Source: Tubiluchus corallicola
Taxonomy: Eukaryota; Animalia; Priapulida
DNA length: 64,000 nt
Reading direction: 5' to 3'
Assembly (NCBI GenBank): GCA_030141605.1
Contig: JAQGDQ010000075.1
Location: 310,001-374,000, forward strand
Position 1 is the stretch's first letter. Each line of letters begins with the position of its first letter. The notes beneath the pieces are model-generated. The model did not search any database. It was not told the origin of the DNA and saw only the letters and a list, made by a program, of their open reading frames with translations. The translations under genes were made by a program, and so were the position numbers. Below, piece after piece: positions 60,183 through 64,000 of this stretch.

Positions 60183-62772
60183 TTTTGCCTTCTTTCTTGG
60201 TCTCTCTCTCTCGAATCTCACTCGAATTTCACTTTCTTTATCTTTTTCCCCTTTTCTCTTTCGCTCTTCCCTACTAATTATATTGATGTTACATACGGCT
60301 ACTACATCTTTACTCTTAATAGTTTCACACATTTTTTCTTTCCCGCGCGAACGTTGCGACTTTTTACTTCACACGTTAAATTCATTTTCCCACATACTAA
60401 CATTTTTAACAGCAAAAGCTACGGACAGCAATATATCCAAATGGAATCATTAAAAATACTGAGCAAATAAACGAGGCAAGCCTTACATTGAAATGCAAAT
60501 GCATTGTAAACGTAAGTAACACAGACGAACGTTTTTGTTAAATTGGTGTTGAGAAAAGTTTGAAAGAAGCTGCGCATAAGCGATGCAATATCATATTGTT
60601 AGTTTTTGCTTTCTAAGACAATTAATCATTGTACTTATATTATGAATTTGTCTTGAGCTGCGTTAACAATATCTAGCTACTGGCGGTTTACAATAACCAA
60701 AGCTTACAAGAACGGGGTCAAAGGAAATGCCATGTAGGCCATGGCGAAATGTTAGAAACTTTTTAGCAATACTAGACTTGTCAGAAAACGATTTTAAAAT
60801 TGCGGTTATTTAATGTAGTAGCGCGCTTGGTCTGTTCACAGGTAGGGAAAAACTGCATTCCCATACCAAAGCAACAGTGCTGGGACAATTTTTGCAGTGA
60901 AGCTGTTGCCAAAGGTAGCCAGAAGTTAACTTAATTTAAATTATAACAAACATTTACAAAGATTTCCGTTACTAGCTTCTTGGGTAAAAAGCCTGGTTGA
61001 ATTTTCTTTAGCTGTGAAAATTTGACGCCTGTTTAAGGCTTTGGTTGATGCCGCCTTGTTTTGCTTTAAGTTAGGCAGGAGAATTACTATATAGCAGCAA
61101 CTTGCTGGAGAGTGTTCACACAAGAAGCGGCTACGACAAAGAAAAATAACTCAGGTTATGTTGTGAAAGAAATTGTTTTTATAGACTTTCTTATATGTGA
61201 AGTAGACCACTATCAAGGTTTGTGGAGGTTACTCGGTTATTGGGGGTTGCAAGTGCTAACTCAGCTTTAGAAGTGGTTGTAATGTAAAAAGAGGGTGAAC
61301 CTGTAATTCCCATTTAAAACAAGTCGCGCGCAATTCAAATACTGTAAACTTATGAAAATCGTTACAGCTCTAAATTCCGAAAAATTCGAAATTAGTCACG
61401 ATTACTCCCAGGCATTCGTCTCCTCGAGTAGCGTGATACTGCAATAATTGTATAACCCCTTTATTGAAATCTTATTTGACGAGACAAGAGTGAAAAGGCA
61501 AAGCAAACATGAAGAGGTGAGACGAAACGGCGGCTCTCGACGTGTAAGCCGCTATAAGTTGGTGATAAAACCCACTTTACGATGATTACATGTTTAGCAA
61601 CAGTTAACGGAAGCTGCTGTGGCTGATCGTTTTAACTCGGAAGTGTTAAAGTCGTGTTGAAAAAATTCTGCTCCTGTCAGGCAGGGTGTTGTTCGAAATC
61701 CAACTTATCCTAGCAGAGGATTTGGCGAAAGTTCAGATCCGTATGTGTAAATTAATACTAGGACGAAACTTTATTGATTATGACAGCGGTGTGTAAGCAC
61801 TTAAAGCTTTAGACTAAAATCTTTAAAAAACCGAAAAACAGAATTAGTGTTAAATTTTCCAAGTAAGATTCAGAGGTACATAGTTGTATCGTTGCCTGCC
61901 ATTTCAAACAAGTACGCAATTAAAGAAAATATCAATCCATCTCTGAAGAATTTTTATAGAACTAATCCCAACATTTATCCTGGTATTCTAAATGTCTCAG
62001 AGGACCTCGACGATTTCAGCGTTTGAAGAGTATTGCTGTTTGCTGGGAGGCAATTTTTAACACATTAATGATAAGAACTTAATACGATGTCAAGCAGATA
62101 TTTAACATTTAGAACGGTGTTTCATTTGCAGTTTTACTTTTGTAATTAAACGAACATTTCTTAAATAAGTACGATTCGAAACAGTTAGATTTGCACTTAC
62201 GCTATGGTAATATTATGTGTAATTATTTTGTTCTTGTTATTTCAGCCTGATCATTGCTGCAAAATCCGAAATAAACCATTTTGATTCAGCAAAAACTTCC
62301 ATAGTTATAAATGTCCACTAAATGGTAGTAACAAGAACTCTAGCAAATAAGACACAAAACGTTTTTTTAATATTTTATTATTTTCAAAATGCAGCCAATT
62401 TAATACATGTAAACTCACTCTATTTAGTCTGAGAGCAAATAAAAGTTATACTTTTGTTTGTGAATTTATTTCAAATACGTTTACCATCAGCAGTAATATC
62501 AGCAGCGAAGAAACCGAAATGATAACAACAGTGTTAGTTGTATACGCTTATTTAAATTTTAAATCTTCACATTTTAATTTTTTGTCGGCTGAAGATTTAT
62601 TGAAATGGTACAGGTCGAGATATTTTTCTCGACGGTTTCATACGAGTGTTGTATAATTACCTACGTTTCACACGTGAAATAAATAAATCAAATAAATAGT
62701 TATGTTATTCAGTTTTTGTCACACGAATGTATGAAGTTTCATGCTTAAATGAAAGATTGCTTTCATCCTTCA

Positions 62773-63870
62773 CTAACTATTCACTATCTCTGCATCCCAG
62801 TTGAGTTTTTTCGGTTTTTTTGGAAAGACGATGTAAGCATCGCTCCATGTATCTAGAAGTTTACTATATATACATTTTCCACCTTTATTGTCTTTCTTAC
62901 GCGTGTGCAGCCCTGGCTCAAACATGTGACAAATTAATGTTTCATTTTCACTGCAAATGTTATTGTAAAGCGTGTAGATGTGGTTCTCATTGAAATAATA
63001 ACCTGTATATGTCTCCTGCGCAACAGTTTTTCCACGCTGAAGTCTTTTAGTCCACATATTTAGCAGCAGATCTTTTTCGCCTGGAATATACGGGACGAAG
63101 GAGGAATCTTTCAATTTTTCAAACACCCAATGAAGAAATTTCGACCACACATGTGGCATGGGAGCTAAACCCCACGGTCCGATAAGTGGGTTTAAGTAAA
63201 CCGTGTCATTGCATTCTGCACACAGTGGGTTTCTGTACTGTCTACGACCTCCAACATTTCTTCCGACGTTCCGTCCGGTGGTTAATGTTTCAGCGCCCAC
63301 GTCAGCGTCATCCTTGTAGAAGAGCAGGGCGGCTTTTACCCACTTGTAGTAGTACCTAGAAAGTACCATGTCATCTTCTATTATAATACCGTACCATCCT
63401 GGTTTTTCTGAAGGCACCCAACAAGTAAACCACTGCATATGAATCCCTTTATTGCTAACACTAACAAGAACTTCCTTTTCGCCGTAAGGCCACTCGAACG
63501 CATTAGCAATCGAAAGAGTTTCCTTGGAAATGTGTGGATTTCTGTCTATGCAAATCTTTAATCGTACGTCATCACCATCATACTCTGCGGCGGCCAGAGA
63601 ATTTAGCAACCTCCTCAAGGACCAATGTCTATTCATTGTCAGTACTGCAATCTCCAGTTGGAAGGGATCGTCTTGCATAACGACGCCTGGACCAGGTGAC
63701 GAGACAGAAGACGCTTCTGGTCCTGCGTGCATTGAAGTTGGTTGGACCAAGCTACCACGATTACTCTTCTGGCGTTTTTTCTCCATCTGATCTCGCCTTG
63801 AAAAAATTGCCATGGTAAAGATCAACACGCATAGAACCACGGTGCGTTTCACATGTATACGTTTCATCAT
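62773..63870 (-). CDS. Intronless type II membrane GT-A fold glycosyltransferase (GT2-like), 365 aa
   Basis: Short basic N-tail and a hydrophobic anchor (TVVLCVLIFTMAIF), a stem, then IAVLTMNRHWSLRRLLNSLAAAEYDGDDVRLKICID, FEWPYGEK and IIIEDDMVLSRYYYKW (DxD-like EDD). The ORF is uninterrupted from ATG to stop. Confidence 0.88.
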   Translation of the reverse strand: MMKRIHVKRTVVLCVLIFTMAIFSRRDQMEKKRQKSNRGSLVQPTSMHAGPEASSVSSPGPGVVMQDDPFQLEIAVLTMNRHWSLRRLLNSLAAAEYDGDDVRLKICIDRNPHISKETLSIANAFEWPYGEKEVLVSVSNKGIHMQWFTCWVPSEKPGWYGIIIEDDMVLSRYYYKWVKAALLFYKDDADVGAETLTTGRNVGRNVGGRRQYRNPLCAECNDTVYLNPLIGPWGLAPMPHVWSKFLHWVFEKLKDSSFVPYIPGEKDLLLNMWTKRLQRGKTVAQETYTGYYFNENHIYTLYNNICSENETLICHMFEPGLHTRKKDNKGGKCIYSKLLDTWSDAYIVFPKKPKKLNWDAEIVNS

Positions 63871-64000
63871 GGTACCAGTTTAACACACAGTTCTTAAGCA
63901 AGGACATTCAGAAAATTATTTGTCACAATACGTCATGTGTTCACATTACTTAGTTATTACTGACTTCGTAGAAGTTGTAAGTATAAATTACTAAAATTGA

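Noticed and set aside
61100-62150. Possible RTE-like RT remnant (PVRQG, LLFAG)
   Set aside because: Motifs are too short and degraded to support a call without an HMM search.

Overview
This is AT-rich eukaryotic genomic DNA, most likely from an invertebrate (protostome inferred from gene content). It has spliceosomal introns, many microsatellites and many decayed transposons, and no prokaryotic features such as operons, CRISPR arrays or rRNA. Most of the window (about 5.9-52.1 kb, minus strand) is one multi-exon gene that the ORF track largely misses. I assembled it by hand from exons with matching splice phases: a 1.8-kb Ser/Lys-rich exon, an RGS3-type C2 domain over 6 small exons, then a DH (RhoGEF) domain and a PH domain. 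This resembles the protostome PsGEF architecture. No PDZ exons are recognisable, and the reading frame stops right after C2 unless a weak donor is used, so the gene may be split or PDZ-less. A second gene at 62773-63870 (-) is an intronless type II membrane GT-A glycosyltransferase of a family I know mainly from plants, fungi, algae and bacteria. The introns hold a near full-length CR1/L2-group LINE interrupted by a pogo-like DNA transposon, several other LINE remnants, MITEs, a palindromic element with two divergent tRNA-like heads, and minisatellites. All domain calls come from motif recognition by eye, not from database searches.
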